The translations under genes and the position numbers were made by a program. A stretch of DNA of 52,379 nt from contig NC_057718.1 of the NCBI RefSeq assembly GCF_004010195.1, forward strand, positions 87,747,781-87,800,159, written 5' to 3'. Every line of letters starts with the position of its first letter. Position 1 is the stretch's first letter. Positions 25,001 through 37,669 of the stretch are shown one piece after another. Source of the DNA: Chiloscyllium plagiosum (Eukaryota). The notes beneath the pieces are model-generated. The model had not been told where the DNA came from. It saw nothing but the letters and a program-made list of their open reading frames with translations, and ran no database searches.

Positions 25001-25830
25001 GAGATGGCAATATTACCAATCGTACAAGATGCCATCAAGTCCAGCGTTGCCACGGGTGTCAAAAAAAAATCAATTTTAGTGTGGCATCTGTGTGGATTGG
25101 AAAAAAAACATAAAATCCCTGCCTATAGGGTGTAAATGCCTCCAGACATCCTCCAACCCTAACTCCACACACAAATCCATTAATTGCTTGATTTATAAAG
25201 AAGGTATCGGGGAGGCCTTCAGGCAACCTGTCTACTGTGGGATCCAAAAGACAAATAAAATCTCCCCTTATGATGATATGCCAAGATTCAAGACTAATCA
25301 ATTTAGAGAACACATGTACCAGAAATGTGAGGGGAAGGGCTGGGGACAATAGACATTTAAAATATCATATTCTTCCCCATTTATCATGAATTTAAGAATT
25401 ATGAACCTCCTGTGTGTGTCTTTGACACACTCTAGTAACTTAAATGGGAGATTCCGCCTAACCAATATGGCCACTCCCCTACTCCTAGTATTAAAAGATG
25501 AAAAGTGAACCCAATCAAAGCTATTCCGCTGCAATTTCAAATCTTCCCTATCATCCAAGTGTGTCTCCTGCAATAAAGCAATATCCACCTTTTCCTTTCC
25601 AAGACTCGTGAGTCCCTTTTTCCTCTTAATTGGCAAGTGACTCCCCTTGATGTTCCAGGTACACCATTTAAACAAGTCTATCGCCATAACCTTCTGCAGT
25701 AACATTTAGACTCCAGAGAGGAAGAATTCAAATTACAAAATGCTGAGCCTTAATAAAAGAAAATCCACAGGACGTAAAAACAACACAAACTAAAACCACT
25801 ACAGTTAACAAACCTACGCAACAATCAAAG
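22010..25830 (-). mobile_element. L1-clade LINE, decayed ORF2 and 3' UTR, 5'-truncated before ORF1
   Basis: APE (TWNIKG, IALLQETHL, SRGVAILV, NVYCP; 25298..25705), RT (SYRPI, QTGFIKGR, SLDA, SLYSDD), IALIKMNI, C-terminal CPKC..THCLWSC (22489..22965), and AATAAA on - at 22025-22030. Confidence 0.9.
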
Positions 25831-25835
25831 ACAAT

Positions 25836-25942
25836 AGAAAGTGAGGACTGCAGATGTTGGAGATCAGAGTTGATTGTGGTGCTGGAAACACAGCAGATCA
25901 GCAGCATCTGAGGAGCAGAAGATCAATGTTTCGGGGAAAAGC
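25836..25942 (-). mobile_element. Truncated family A Penelope-derived repeat
   Basis: AGAAAGTGAGGACTGCAGATGTTGGAGATCAGAGT matches 40963-40997. Confidence 0.7.
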
Positions 25943-26026
25943 ATTAAAGGCACGGATAGCTTTAGGCTAAAGGAGAACCAGAGCAAACTTGTAAAAGGAT
26001 TAATCATCATTGACTAATTGTGTTTA

Positions 26027-26140
26027 TTTTATTTTCCAGTTCTGAGGAAGGGTCACTGGACCCGAAACATTAACTCTGCTTTTTCTCTACAGATGCTGCC
26101 AGACCTGCTGAGTTTTTCCCGCAATTTCTGACTTTGATCG
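26027..26140 (+). mobile_element. Family B Penelope-derived repeat with hammerhead motif and 12-bp TSD
   Basis: AGUU-CUGAGGA-A-GGGUC-ACUG-GACCC-GAAA-CAUU-AACU (26038-26075). TSD TAATTGTGTTTA at 26015-26026 and 26141-26152. Confidence 0.8.
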
Positions 26141-26189
26141 TAATTGTGTTTAGGATGAATTAGCAGAAAAGGCTGATCATTGGAATGCC

Positions 26190-26540
26190 ACTGGTCTGGT
26201 AGTCCGAGATCCAGGCTAATACACTGGGGGTAATGGGTTTAAATCCCAGCAAAAAGGCAGCTGGTGAAATTTAAATTAATAATAAAACATGGACTTGGAC
26301 TTGAAAGCTAGTCTCAGTAATGGTGTCCATGAAACTACCATTGATGGTTGTAAAAACCCAACTGGTTCATTACTGTTGTTTATCAAAGTCAATCTTCCAT
26401 CCTTACCTGATTTGGCTTGCATGTGACTCCAGTCCCACAGCAATATGGTTGGCTCTTAACCACTCTCTGAAATGATGTGGCAAGCCATTCAGTTGATGGG
26501 CAACAATGCTGGTCTTGCTAATAACACCCACATGCTGTAT
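26190..26540 (+). mobile_element. tRNA-derived SINE with old-LINE-like tail (antisense relative at about 35710-35965)
   Basis: B-box-like GGGTTTAAATCCC (about 26235). Tail GATGGGCAACAATGCTGGTCTTGCTAATAACACCCACAT matches the 3' end of the 18886 LINE relic. Confidence 0.5.
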
Positions 26541-27519
26541 ACTGCAAGGTAAATATTTTTGAACAGAATCCAAGTCCATACTTTTTGTGAGAACTTTATT
26601 TCTGTTAACAACACTCTGTGTAAAATTAGCATCACTGATTTATGCAATCAATTCACATCCAGTTAGCCATTAATTAATATCAATCACCTGTTACCTAATT
26701 CTATGAAGTCACAGGCATCCCTTTAGACTACATTAGATGATAAGATTACCTCTTTATTCCCTTTTTAGTTTCAAATGAATCAATATATATATAAAAAACA
26801 AACAAAATAAAGTCAACAAAGGAACACTTTATTTCACAAATGTACAACAGATTGTAAGAGCTTGTTTATACATTTGAAACATTCAGCCTGTCGGATTTTT
26901 TCCACATGTTTCTCCATAAACCATCTAGTCAAATACCAGTCCCTTTGCACGTCAACATTTCTATTTTCTCAGAACTTTTACAAGAATTTATGTATTCTGC
27001 TGAAATAGCCATTTGTGGCAAAGGATTCTAAATACTAACCAGCCATTTAATTCTTTTTTCATATTTCCGGTTTACCAAGGCACAAGGGAAAACCTCTGAG
27101 CAGTGGAGGCGATGCAGAGAAGGGCCACAAGGCTGATCCCTGGTGTCAGAGGACTAAGTTGTAAGGAAACATTAGAAACCTTGGACCCTTTAGTATTTGA
27201 AAGTAGGTAAATGTGAGGATAAGTTATCTAAACATAGGAGACATCAAGTGCAATAGAAAGTGTTGGTCCTGACCACTTTCACCACGACTCGAGAATAAAA
27301 GGACTCTGGTACAATTGATAAAAGGACGAATATCAAAATCACTTTGCATGTATAGAGATTTGAAATGGTTTGTGGCAGTTCAAGTGGCAATGGAAGTTCA
27401 AGAGCTGGTCAGGCTGTACTTAGATGTTGAGGTGGAATGAAATGTAGGATATTTCGGAAGCACGATGTAGATTGAACAATGGTCTCACTTGGTAATTAAT
27501 CTTTCTCAGCACAGTTGGC

Positions 27520-27850
27520 AAGAACTTGTATTCATACACGATACTCCTTTCACAAGCTCAGACTTGAAAATGTTTGACAAATCATTAAGTTTTTTTTTAG
27601 AAAGGTAGTCAATGCCTTTATGTGGACCAACATGGCAGTCAGTTTGCAAGGTGAGGTAAAGGACCAGTTAATCAGTCTGGTTTTTGAGTGAGGAATGAGT
27701 ATCAATCAAGACTTTCTTTGCAAAATGCTTTTGGCATCTCCAATAATTCCATAATCCCTCAGTATTGCATAGAAATGTCACCCAGATTATATACTGCAAC
27801 TAAACCACAGTTGTCTTACTCAAAAGACATAAGTACGAGAAATTAGAGTT
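27520..27850 (-). mobile_element. Highly decayed DeuSINE-like element
   Basis: Patchy similarity to 10040-10250 and to the SINE head (TCCCTCAGTATTGCA..TGTCACCCAGATT). Confidence 0.4.
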
Positions 27851-28669
27851 GGTCTTTATGCAATAGTGGGAGCATCAAAACGCCATCACTATGGCATCCA
27901 TACATTGTTTTCCATGCCCCAACATGTAATCCTTTGCAACTAGCAGGCTCTTGAGCAGTCTGGTCACTTTGTGTGCCTATTAAGTGTGGGATCTTCCAAA
28001 TATTATAATAGAATGCACAGGAAAAGGACTTTATGGAAGGGTGGAATTGAGAAATATGTCTAAATCCTGCTGTCAGTGTAATGACAGTCCAGAGCTAGTC
28101 TATACGACTTCAAATCACTGAAATTGTTGTCACAAACATTTTGGTGCTTGTGTACATACCATATTTGTATGCTAACTGGAATATTACATTCCATTAAGAA
28201 TCATCATTGCTGTCTTCACACAATGTGAATTTCACCATAATAAATACATGTTAGAATTTAGGCATATTACCAACAGAAAGCAAATCCAGTAGTTTGGACA
28301 TTCAAAGAGACTGCTTTCAGTGCTTGCCTGTTATTTGATTTCATGGATTTAGAGCAGAAGAGTTGTTACAGATATGAACTGACACCAAAAGCAGACTATT
28401 TGTATCAGTTATTACATTATCCATTGTATCTGTACAAACCTAAGAATCGCTGCCAAGCAGTGGTTGCACACTTTCTTGACAAACCCAGGTTTAGATAGAT
28501 AAACAATTACAAACTGTCTGCTTGAGAAAAACCTGCAGAAAGCCATTAATAAAACAGTGAAGCTGCTGGTAGCTTTCAAAATAACTATGTTCTTTCCTTT
28601 CATGTCTCCATGTTTTTTGGTTTAGTGTTCACAATGTAAGATAATGGAGACTCTATAATGGTGCAGAAC

Positions 28670-28990
28670 ACTATAATAGATCACCAAGATCACTATGCTA
28701 GAACATACTGATCACTACAAGAGATCAAGTAGGAACAAAGCCCTACAGTAGAGGCTGTGGTTTACTGGAAAATGACCCCACAGATCACCAGAGAAGAACA
28801 CACAGATCACTTGATCAGAGGTCTGTAACAGAGAGCACTAATCACCACAATAACAGTTCACAATAGCCTGATGGAACAACACAGCTATAACATAGCTCAG
28901 TTTGCTGAGAATGTTGAGATAGTTGGAGCAAAGACCTATCACAAAATATACAGATTACAATTATTAGCCTATAGATCACTGGAACAGAGA
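28670..28990. repeat. Degenerate minisatellite-like tract rich in (A)GATCAC
   Basis: GATCA(C) recurs at about 28679, 28688, 28710, 28723, 28783, 28805, 28813 and 28974. Confidence 0.45.
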
Positions 28991-31169
28991 ATACATCATT
29001 AAAATTTTATATTGGGTGGTGTAGAGATTTTCAAAATTAGTGAATGATTATGAAATCATGTTGAGTGGATCACTAAGAAGGGGATGTGGACTCAGGTCTT
29101 AGATTTTCACCCTTTTGTTTAGTCTAAGTAGCGTTTTAGAACATGGAATATTACATGGACATAAATTATAGTTTAAAAAGGAATTAGATGTAAAATGAAG
29201 TATAAAGAAGAATGTTAGACGTTAAGGAATTGCACTAATGTAGATAGCTTCATTTGAAAGGTCAAGACAAAATGTAAGTGTGGTGAACTAAATTGCCTCG
29301 TGTAATTCCTACAAATTTTTAAAAATTATTACCTGCCTCTGGAACAACAACTTAAAACTTTTGTCAATAAAACGCATCAAGGTGGGTAAATCAGGCAGAA
29401 ATCGTAGAGCCAAAGGTGGAGACATTAGGACAGGTATACAAAACTGAATGAGGAGAGTCTTGTTGAAGGGGTTTAGGAAGGGATTGACAGAGCTTGGGGC
29501 ATTAGACTGCTAAAGACACAGCTGTCAATGGTGTCTTGAAGGAAATGGAATAATGTAAGTTGCCAATCGGCTCAAACAGCTTTTAAACTGAAACTGACTG
29601 TGAAACTCTTAATGAGAACTGGGAAAACTTTTTGGGCTACTATCATTGTAGACAGTTATTACACTGTTATTTAATATGTACCTTTGTGGTAAAGAAAAAG
29701 GAAATAACTTTTGGTACAAATTGAAATGGATAACCTGTAGGTTCCCTCTGTATTTGAAATTTCCACCTACATTCACTTCAGCACTTTAACTTATTGTATG
29801 ACCATTCGTGTTATACATAGGTTGGAATTTTAGAATCTTACAGAACAAGAACCTATTTGGCTCATTTCACTTGTTGGTTTTTAGAGGGAGCTATCCACTT
29901 TAGTCCCATGCTCAACGTTTTGCCTATAATCAAAGAGGGGGTTGCCTGTTGAAAGTCTGTTGCTTTTTGAACATTCCGAAGGAATCGGATTCTAATACCC
30001 TTTCAAGAAGTTTATTCAAGCTGTTAACAAGCCTCTGTGAAAAATAATTTTTGTTTCAAGGTGGATTGAAAGGTTTTAATCAGAGCTTCCGCTATAGATG
30101 CCCTAGTTACACTTGGCAACCTAGAATACATTCTACATGGACCTGTTGAATTATTAACTGAATGATGCTAACCTACTTAATACCTCTGTTTATTTTTATC
30201 CCATGCAATAGTTCCATTCTCTCGTCCTTTACTATGACATTAACTTTATCAACTTTTGTGCAGAGATGCAAAATACTCATTTAGTTGTCATCTGCCTTCA
30301 CAAGATGATTTCCTCTTTCAGTTCCAACCTCTCTTTTACTTTTAATGTATTTACAAAATAGGTTTTCTTTTATGTTGTTTATTACTATTTTCTCAGTACC
30401 TCTCTTCGCCCTTCATATATCCTTTTTCTGTATCCTTGGTTGTTTTCTGTTGCTGACATTTGTCATAAAATGTTTTGTTTTATTTTAACTGTTATTTCCT
30501 TTCTTACCAGGGAGCTCTAGCTCTAGTTCCACTACCTTTCCTCTTTATATGAGTATGTTTGGTTTGTACACATCTGTCTGAGGTGAAGATATGACATTTC
30601 TCATTTATGCTCTTCTTGGTCATTTATTGTTTTTAGTGTGTTGTGTTGTATCTACTCAAGTTGGAGATTTTCAGCTTTGATTTTTTTTTCCAGTCCTTCC
30701 TAGTACTTAGGTTTTATACAAGTGAAACACTCTGCTCATCCTTTTAAATCCCTGGGAATAAACTGACTGTTGTTGCTTCCTTATTGGGCTTGAAACACTT
30801 TGATTAATAAAGTTCAACTATGCAATTTTAGGAATTGTTTTATCCTTCTGGCCTTTTATTCATTTTTTTCTGTGTACCAGCTGGAGCTTTTGGATAGTTA
30901 ATCCTTTCACATTTGCTACTGGATCACTTCTTATTGCCGCCTTCTACTACATTTTTTTTACCCCTAATGACTGCTTTCCTTTGCATGTCATTTTTTATTT
31001 TTTTCCTCTGTTATTCCTCCCTTTTCTTTGCCACTGTGCCACGTTCAGTAAATCCTATGTTGCCGTGTGTTTCTGCAGGTGGTATATTGTTTCTTACCCA
31101 TAGTGTTGCTATGATTTTCACCTAATATTCAGATGTTTCAATGACCTTGGCTCTCCCTATCTTCATACC

Positions 31170-31428
31170 TTCCTACAGAACTATGTGCATGCAGTTTTGG
31201 CTTCTTCTGCACACATTATTTTCATTGCCCAACCATTGACAGCAAACCTTAAGTACTGGAAGTTATTCCCTAAATCCCTTAATTTCTTTTGATTAAAGTG
31301 CTCCTTTATCAAGATTTTGCTTAATTGTACTCTTGTGTGGCACTGTCCATTTTTGTTTGATTAACCTTCTGCACAGCATCATATGATTGCATCATGTTAA
31401 AGGTACTACATAAATGTAAGTATTTGTA
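31170..31428 (+). mobile_element. L2 LINE 3' end
   Basis: ACCATTG..TTCCCTAAATCCCT..GTTAAAGGTACTACATAAATGTAAGT, an L2-type terminus. Confidence 0.5.
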
Positions 31429-31656
31429 TCATGGATGTGGTTGTCGCCCTCCTGGGATTTGTTTGAAAGTTGGTTCATGTTCACCCTACACGGACTGCTA
31501 TAGTGGTGCTTTTTACCAAGTCATGTTTTGGTTTCTTCAATGACCCCCCCCCATACCTCATTATGTCCCAGCTGACAACCCATGTCAAGCTTCTTCCATA
31601 GTTTGCCCTATCTAATGACTCCACAAGGCTGGGATCACTCTTTCTTTCTTATTCTA

Positions 31657-31840
31657 CTGGAAAAGCACAGCAGGTCAGGCATCATCCAAGAAGCAGGATA
31701 ATCGACGTTTCATCCTGATTGAAGGGCTTATGCCCGAAATGTCGATTCTCCTGCTCCTCGGATGCTGTCTGACCTGCTATGCTTTTCCAGCACCACACTC
31801 TCGACTCTGATCTCCAGCATCTGCAGACTTCACTTTCTCC
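31657..31840 (+). mobile_element. Family A Penelope-derived repeat: partial inverted arm plus full direct unit
   Basis: Inverted arm at 31657-31711. + strand CUGAUUGA-A-GGGC-UUAU-GCCC-GAAA-UGUC from 31715. TSD CTTTCTTATTCT at 31644-31655 and 31840-31851. Confidence 0.8.
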
Positions 31841-31846
31841 TTTCTT

Positions 31847-31996
31847 ATTCTGGATTAGTGGTTCTGGAAGAGCACAGCAGTTCAGGCAGCATCCGAGGAG
31901 CAGTACTCAGATGCTGCCTGAACTGCTGTGCTCTTCCAGCAACACTAATCCAGAATCTGGTTTCCAGCATCTGCAGTCATTGTTTTTACCTAGTTT
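31847..31996. mobile_element. Second, related Penelope-derived inverted element with a 51-bp-arm hairpin
   Basis: 31847-31897 versus 31906-31956 reverse complement, 48/51 matches. TSD TTTCTCCTTTCTTA(T/C)TCT at 31834-31851 and 31997-32014. Confidence 0.8.
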
Positions 31997-32099
31997 TTTC
32001 TCCTTTCTTACTCTACTGTCAACCACCTTTTCAAGCCTCTCTCTCCTACCCTGATCAACAACTAAAAAGATATCATTGAGATTTTTTTCCCAAAATAAA

Positions 32100-32550
32100 A
32101 TAATCCACACAGTTGTCTATTCTGCTTACCTGTCCCTTGTCCAAGTTAAACCCCTCTGTCATTACTTTCAATTTCAGTTCCCCACATACACCCTTTGACC
32201 TCATTTTGTCAACGGACCCCATTACATGCTCACTTGGTACCACTGCAACTAACTAACCAATCAACTTCCTTTTCTCATCCCCCTTTTGTAGTGTCCCACA
32301 CTTTTCAACATACCATTATCATTCTTGCAGTAAAAGCTGCCTTAGACTCTTCTGTTCCTACAAACTAGTGCTTCATTTCCTGCCTCTCTTTCCTCCCCAA
32401 AGTCCTTAAACTCATGATCTCCCAGGATCACATGTATCATTTCTGCAATTCCCACTTTTGAATTCCTTCCATCACATTTCAATTCTCTGCATTGCTGAAA
32501 TATTTCAACCCAAAACATTATCCTTTCTTTTCCTCTCTGCATCTTTTAAT
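32100..32550 (+). mobile_element. L2 RT relic
   Basis: LDSSVPTN*CFISCLSFLPKVLK at about 32342-32410 resembles L2 LDPS.L.NYRPISNLPFLSKVLE. Confidence 0.5.
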
Positions 32551-32669
32551 ACCATCCTCTTATAATTCATTGTTCAGTTCATGGATCTGTCCTTCCATAG
32601 ATCCACTCTAGAATCCAATTAAAAGCCAAAGGATTTCCTATAATAATCTGAAGAATCCCTCCAAGATCC

Positions 32670-35150
32670 CTTTTTATTCATTCTCAGAATGTGGGTCTTA
32701 CTGGTTTATTGTACATCCATTATAACCTGCAAGAAGCTGATAGAGTTACCTCCTTGAACCCCTATCGTATGCTTAGTTGGATAAGGTCCACCAAAGTACC
32801 GTTAGATTAGGAGATCCAGGATTTTAACCCAGTGATGGGGGGGCAATGATATATTTGTAAATCAGTGTGTGGCCTGGGATGATGGTGTACCCTTGTATCT
32901 GCTATCCCTGTCCTTCAAGGTGCGCAAGAGTTTGAAACCAAGCTTACTGAGTTGCAGCTCTGCATCTGTGTGCCAGTTGTGGAGGGAATGAAATTTTAAG
33001 GTAGTAGATAAGGTGCCAATTGAGCCTTTTGAGTGTTGGAGTAGCAATTACCAATCATTGAGACATATAGAGAGTATTCTATCCCACTCGTGACTTAAGA
33101 CACGTAGGTGACAGAAACACTTTGTGGAATCAGAAGGAGCCACTATAACAACAGTTCTTCAGCACTGACACTTCCTTGAATTCACATTGGATTGGCAATT
33201 CATTTAACTTTCAGGTTAGTTGTAACCACCAGGATGTTGATGGTAGAATATCAAATTGAATGCAAGCAGGAATTTTGTTGGAGATGACCATTGGACTTGG
33301 TGTAAGTACTAGATACAAGTTAGCAACCCAGATTTTGGGTGTTTTCCAGGTTTTCTTGTATGTCGGAATAAACTAAATCATTATCTGAGGTACTGCAAAT
33401 GGAGCAATCATATGTAAACATTCCCCATCCTGACTTTATAATGAAAGGAAAATCATTGATAGAATGGACCCAGAGTTTAAAAGCTTGGTCTCCAACAACC
33501 ACAGCCACCTTCATTTATGTTAGGTATTATTCTGGCCATTGGAGAACTTTCCCCCAATTTTTATTTACTTCCATTTTACTCAGTCTCCATAGTGCCAAAC
33601 TCAGTCAAATGCTATGTTGATGTCTGGGCCAGTCATTTGCACCTCACCTCTAGAATTCAACTTTTTCACCATGTTTGGAACAATGTTTTAAGCAAATGAG
33701 AATGTGCAAACTCCACACAGAGTCACCTGAGGCGGGAATTGAACCCGTCAAATCTTAAACCTGAAGTCAAATTGACCATCAGTGAGCAGGTTATTGGTGG
33801 GTACGCTACCCCTTGATAGAAATGCCAATGACCATCATTTTGCTGTTAATTGCGAATAAACTAATGGAGCAGTATTTGATAGATAAGATTTGCTTTGCTT
33901 TTTGTAGATGAGACATCCGTGTGCAATTTTTCACATGTGAATGCTAGTGTTTATAGTTGGAAAAGCTTGACGAGAGTTTGCTATTTATGGAGCAATTCAC
34001 TAAAGCTGGAACATTGTCTGAGTCCATTGTATTCCACAGTACTTTCAAGTACTTCTATTGTATGTATACACTCAGTGGTTTGATTATCATATGGAATGAA
34101 TTGATTTAGCTGAAGACTAGCACCAGCAATGCCAAGAACCTGAGAAGACAGCAAGCTGAATCATCCAGTTGGCTCTTCCATCTGAAGTTTATCATAAATG
34201 CCTCTGCCTTGACTTTTGAATTGTGTACAAGGTTGTGTTATTATTGAGGATGTTCAGGGAGTGTGCTTCCATCAGTTGTTTAAATATTCTTTGCTGTGAC
34301 AGGACTGTACAATTTGATCTGATCTGTTCGTTGTGGCTCAGTTCATTTGATTGCATGTTGTTTCCACAGTTAGCATTAGTATATTACTATTTTATAGCTT
34401 CTCTAGGTTGGCACTTCATTTTCAAGTATTCTGGTTGCACACTCGGCAATGCTTTTCTGCACTCCTCATTGAACTATGCTTGATGGTAGTCGAAGAGAGG
34501 GGATATGCAGAATCACTAGGTTACAGGTTCAGTAGGATATATATTTTTGTTGCTGCTTTTTAATCCAATATATGTACATTGACCTGCTAGTTCTGTTCTT
34601 AATCTGTCCTATTCAATACGATGGTATCTTCCAATACTAGGATAAGCTCCATTGAAAATATCACATCTTGTCTTCATTAGGAATTTGTTGGTTTTGTCTA
34701 CCAGTACTGCATTTGCACCTGATAGAGGTTGGTCAGTAGGATAAGATCCAAGTACAGTTTTCCCTGTGGTTTTCTGAGCATTTTTCTTCTATGCTTCAGG
34801 ACCTGGCCAACTTAGTAATGACGCTACTGAGGCACTCTTAGTGATGGATGTTTAAATCCCCACCCAGAATGTATTCAGTACTACTTCCATGGCGTATTTA
34901 ACATGAAGGAGTATTGATTCATCAACTGGGAGAAGACATTAGGTGGTAACCAACAACAGATTTCCTTCCTAATGTTGTTCATGATGCCTTGAGATCTCAC
35001 ATTGATTGGAATGAACATGGAGGACACTCAAAGCCACTTCCTTCTGACTGTAGTGATGACTGGTGGGCAGGATATATCCAGGGATGATTATGGAGGAATC
35101 TGGCATGTTGGCTGAAATGTTGAAGTATTGTTGATGAGTATAGGTATTCT
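32670..35150 (-). mobile_element. Long old LINE relic (CR1/L2 group), with a V-SINE fragment at about 33698-33747
   Basis: ORF 33320..33514 (INDFPFIIKSGWGMFTYDC, a decayed INDLP..FADD). 3' end matches the 13262 and 18886 copies. Confidence 0.55.
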
Positions 35151-35999
35151 GTCTCAAATACAGCCATCTGAAAACTGGAGATGTTCCAAAATGGACATTT
35201 TGTAAGCTGTCATGCATGAATTTTAATTCATTCTGAGCAAAATAACTTGCTGGCTTGCAATGTGCTGCATTGATGTAGTAGCACACAGACTATTTATTGG
35301 CTTTATGTTAAGTTTTTCCCCATGCAGTAAGTGGTCTAAGCAACATTTGATACACCTGACCCAGTTATTTTAGAACTGCAGCCTAGCCGCAAGAGCTAAT
35401 AAAATGGATAAGTCTTGGTAGTGATGATACTATAATATACCAATGAAGTTACAGCAATTGTGTCAAAAAGACCAGTTTAACACCTATGGGTAATCATGTA
35501 AGGGAAACACACTTTATCATCTGTAACCAAGAAATGGCCATGACTGTTGTCAGGCTGTTGTCTGATTAGTCTGTAGGACAGCTCTCCAAAGAACTTTTAA
35601 ACTTTTGATTAAGTTGAATGTGCCTTTGTCATGTTCCAGTAGTAGATACCAAGGGTCCAACTGACTTTATTGTTGATGTTATTATTTATTAGTGATTAGT
35701 GGTTTTAAACATCATAACTGGCTTGCTAGGCCATTTCAGAGGGCGGTCCACCCCATTGCTGGAGTTATGCATTGGCCAAATCCAGATATGGGCAGCAGAT
35801 TTCCATCCCGAAACGTCAAAATTGAAATGGTGTTTTCTTTCAATAATCCTGTAACTCTATAGTCTTTTACTTTCTAGGTTAAATTAATCAGCTAAATTCA
35901 AGTTCTCAACTTCTAAAATGGAATCCTGGATTGCTCATTTGTATCTCTAGATTGCTAGCCCACTTTATATTCTGTGAAACTGAAATTTATCCCTTAATG

Positions 36000-36380
36000 G
36001 ACAATCTACAGACCCAGGGTTAGCTTTCACGTGTATAGTGACAGTACCTCCCACTACACCTCTTAAATATCTCCATTGGTTTTTGTGCAGTCTGGCTGCT
36101 TATTCCAAGATCCACTCTCTGAAGATTAACGTTTTTCTCCAACTAAATATTAACAAGACCAAAGTTGCTGCCTTTAATTTCCACCATTTTTGTCCCCTTG
36201 CCACTGACTCCATTCCCTTGTCTGATCACTGATGCAGATTGTTGGCAAATTTCATGTCCCTTTTGACCTTAAGTTGAATTTCTAACTCCATAACCCCTCC
36301 AAGGCAAAGACTAATGACATCAACCTCTGTAACATTGCCTATCTCTACCTCTGTGTTAATTCATCTTTCACAATCTCCAA
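36000..36380 (+). mobile_element. L2 ORF2 fragment
   Basis: ORF 36038..36232 FLQLNINKTKVAAF resembles L2 W..N.LQLN..KTE. Confidence 0.55.
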
Positions 36381-37669
36381 CCGGACTGTCAGCTTTATGA
36401 TCGAAGGGCCGATAGCTTTTATTCTTAAAGTAGACAGAATAAAGCCACAAGATTCCATAGTTTTGAAGAAGGTAAACTTTACTATACAACATCAGAAAAG
36501 TAATATAATATATAGTATATGTACAAATTATGTTATATCACCCCAAATTAACATATGGTTCATATGGGTAACAGACTGGGATAAAACACTCCTTAGCACA
36601 CTTCATAGATAATATGTGATCAAGACAGATCCATGAATTTCTCAGAATTTCATTTAACTTCACAAAGGATTGCAATTCTTCACTTTGGCTCCTCTGGCTT
36701 TGAAAGCCATACACTAGCTGCTTCAACAGCTGCTCCCATTCTGGTTGATTACCCTCCTTTTCTAGGTCAACACATCCCAAGACTCCAAAACTGCACTCCA
36801 TTACTCATCCATAAGTACAACACTAGTTCTTCATTGACAGTGAGCCACATTTAGCCAGTTCTGTCCCTGCATGTTTTCCTAAGTTCCAATCATGCTCAGT
36901 TAGATAAATAGTGCTTTTAAGATTTTCATCCCCCACTTTATTGAAGTCTTAATGCATGCAGGCTTCCTCAAGCCTTTCACGGTTTCCCCAACAGAACCAG
37001 TGGCCTTTCCACTTTCTCAGCTTTTCAGGACTATGATTCCTGACTCCAACACTTAACCATCTATTAATTGTCAGAACTTCTTTCTAAGTTCTAACAGGAC
37101 CGAGCTACTCAATTGCTGTTGACTCCTCACTGACTCCTCTACACACAATCTGTGTACTTGACCTTATTTACCAGTAGTACAGCTAATTGCTCCTAAGATG
37201 AGTTGACATCTGTCTTTCTCTTTTCCCTACTGGCATGTAACATTTGGACTTTTCTTCCATGATGACTGAACAGTCCTGAATGGCCCTACCTAGCAATTAT
37301 CTGTTCCATAAATGTTGCCAGTCATAGATTACTGGTTTGCTCAGGACAAAGATAGTGGTTAAAATTAAAGGATTTCCACTAACACACTAATCTATGCGTT
37401 TTCCATCTTCTGTTTTGATTACTATAGCATCTCTCACCCCTCACTTCAACCTAGCCAAACTCTATAGTTCCTATTTGTCATGACCGAAGCTCAACTCACC
37501 ATTCTTCTTGCCAATCAACAATGCCCCTCAGTCCTTTAAAACCTCAAATTTTAAGTTTGCATTTGTATTCAAATCTATTCCTGCTTTTGTTGGTCTCTAA
37601 TTCTGTAACCCTTTCGGCCCTAAAAACTGTTTCAAAGTCTGTTTTTCCCTGCCCGAATGATTCCCCCAC

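Noticed and set aside
31657..31996. CRISPR-like or MITE interpretation of the palindromic repeats
   Set aside because: Eukaryotic context with no repeat-spacer periodicity. Asymmetric arms, long variable TSDs and hammerhead cores fit PLE derivation.
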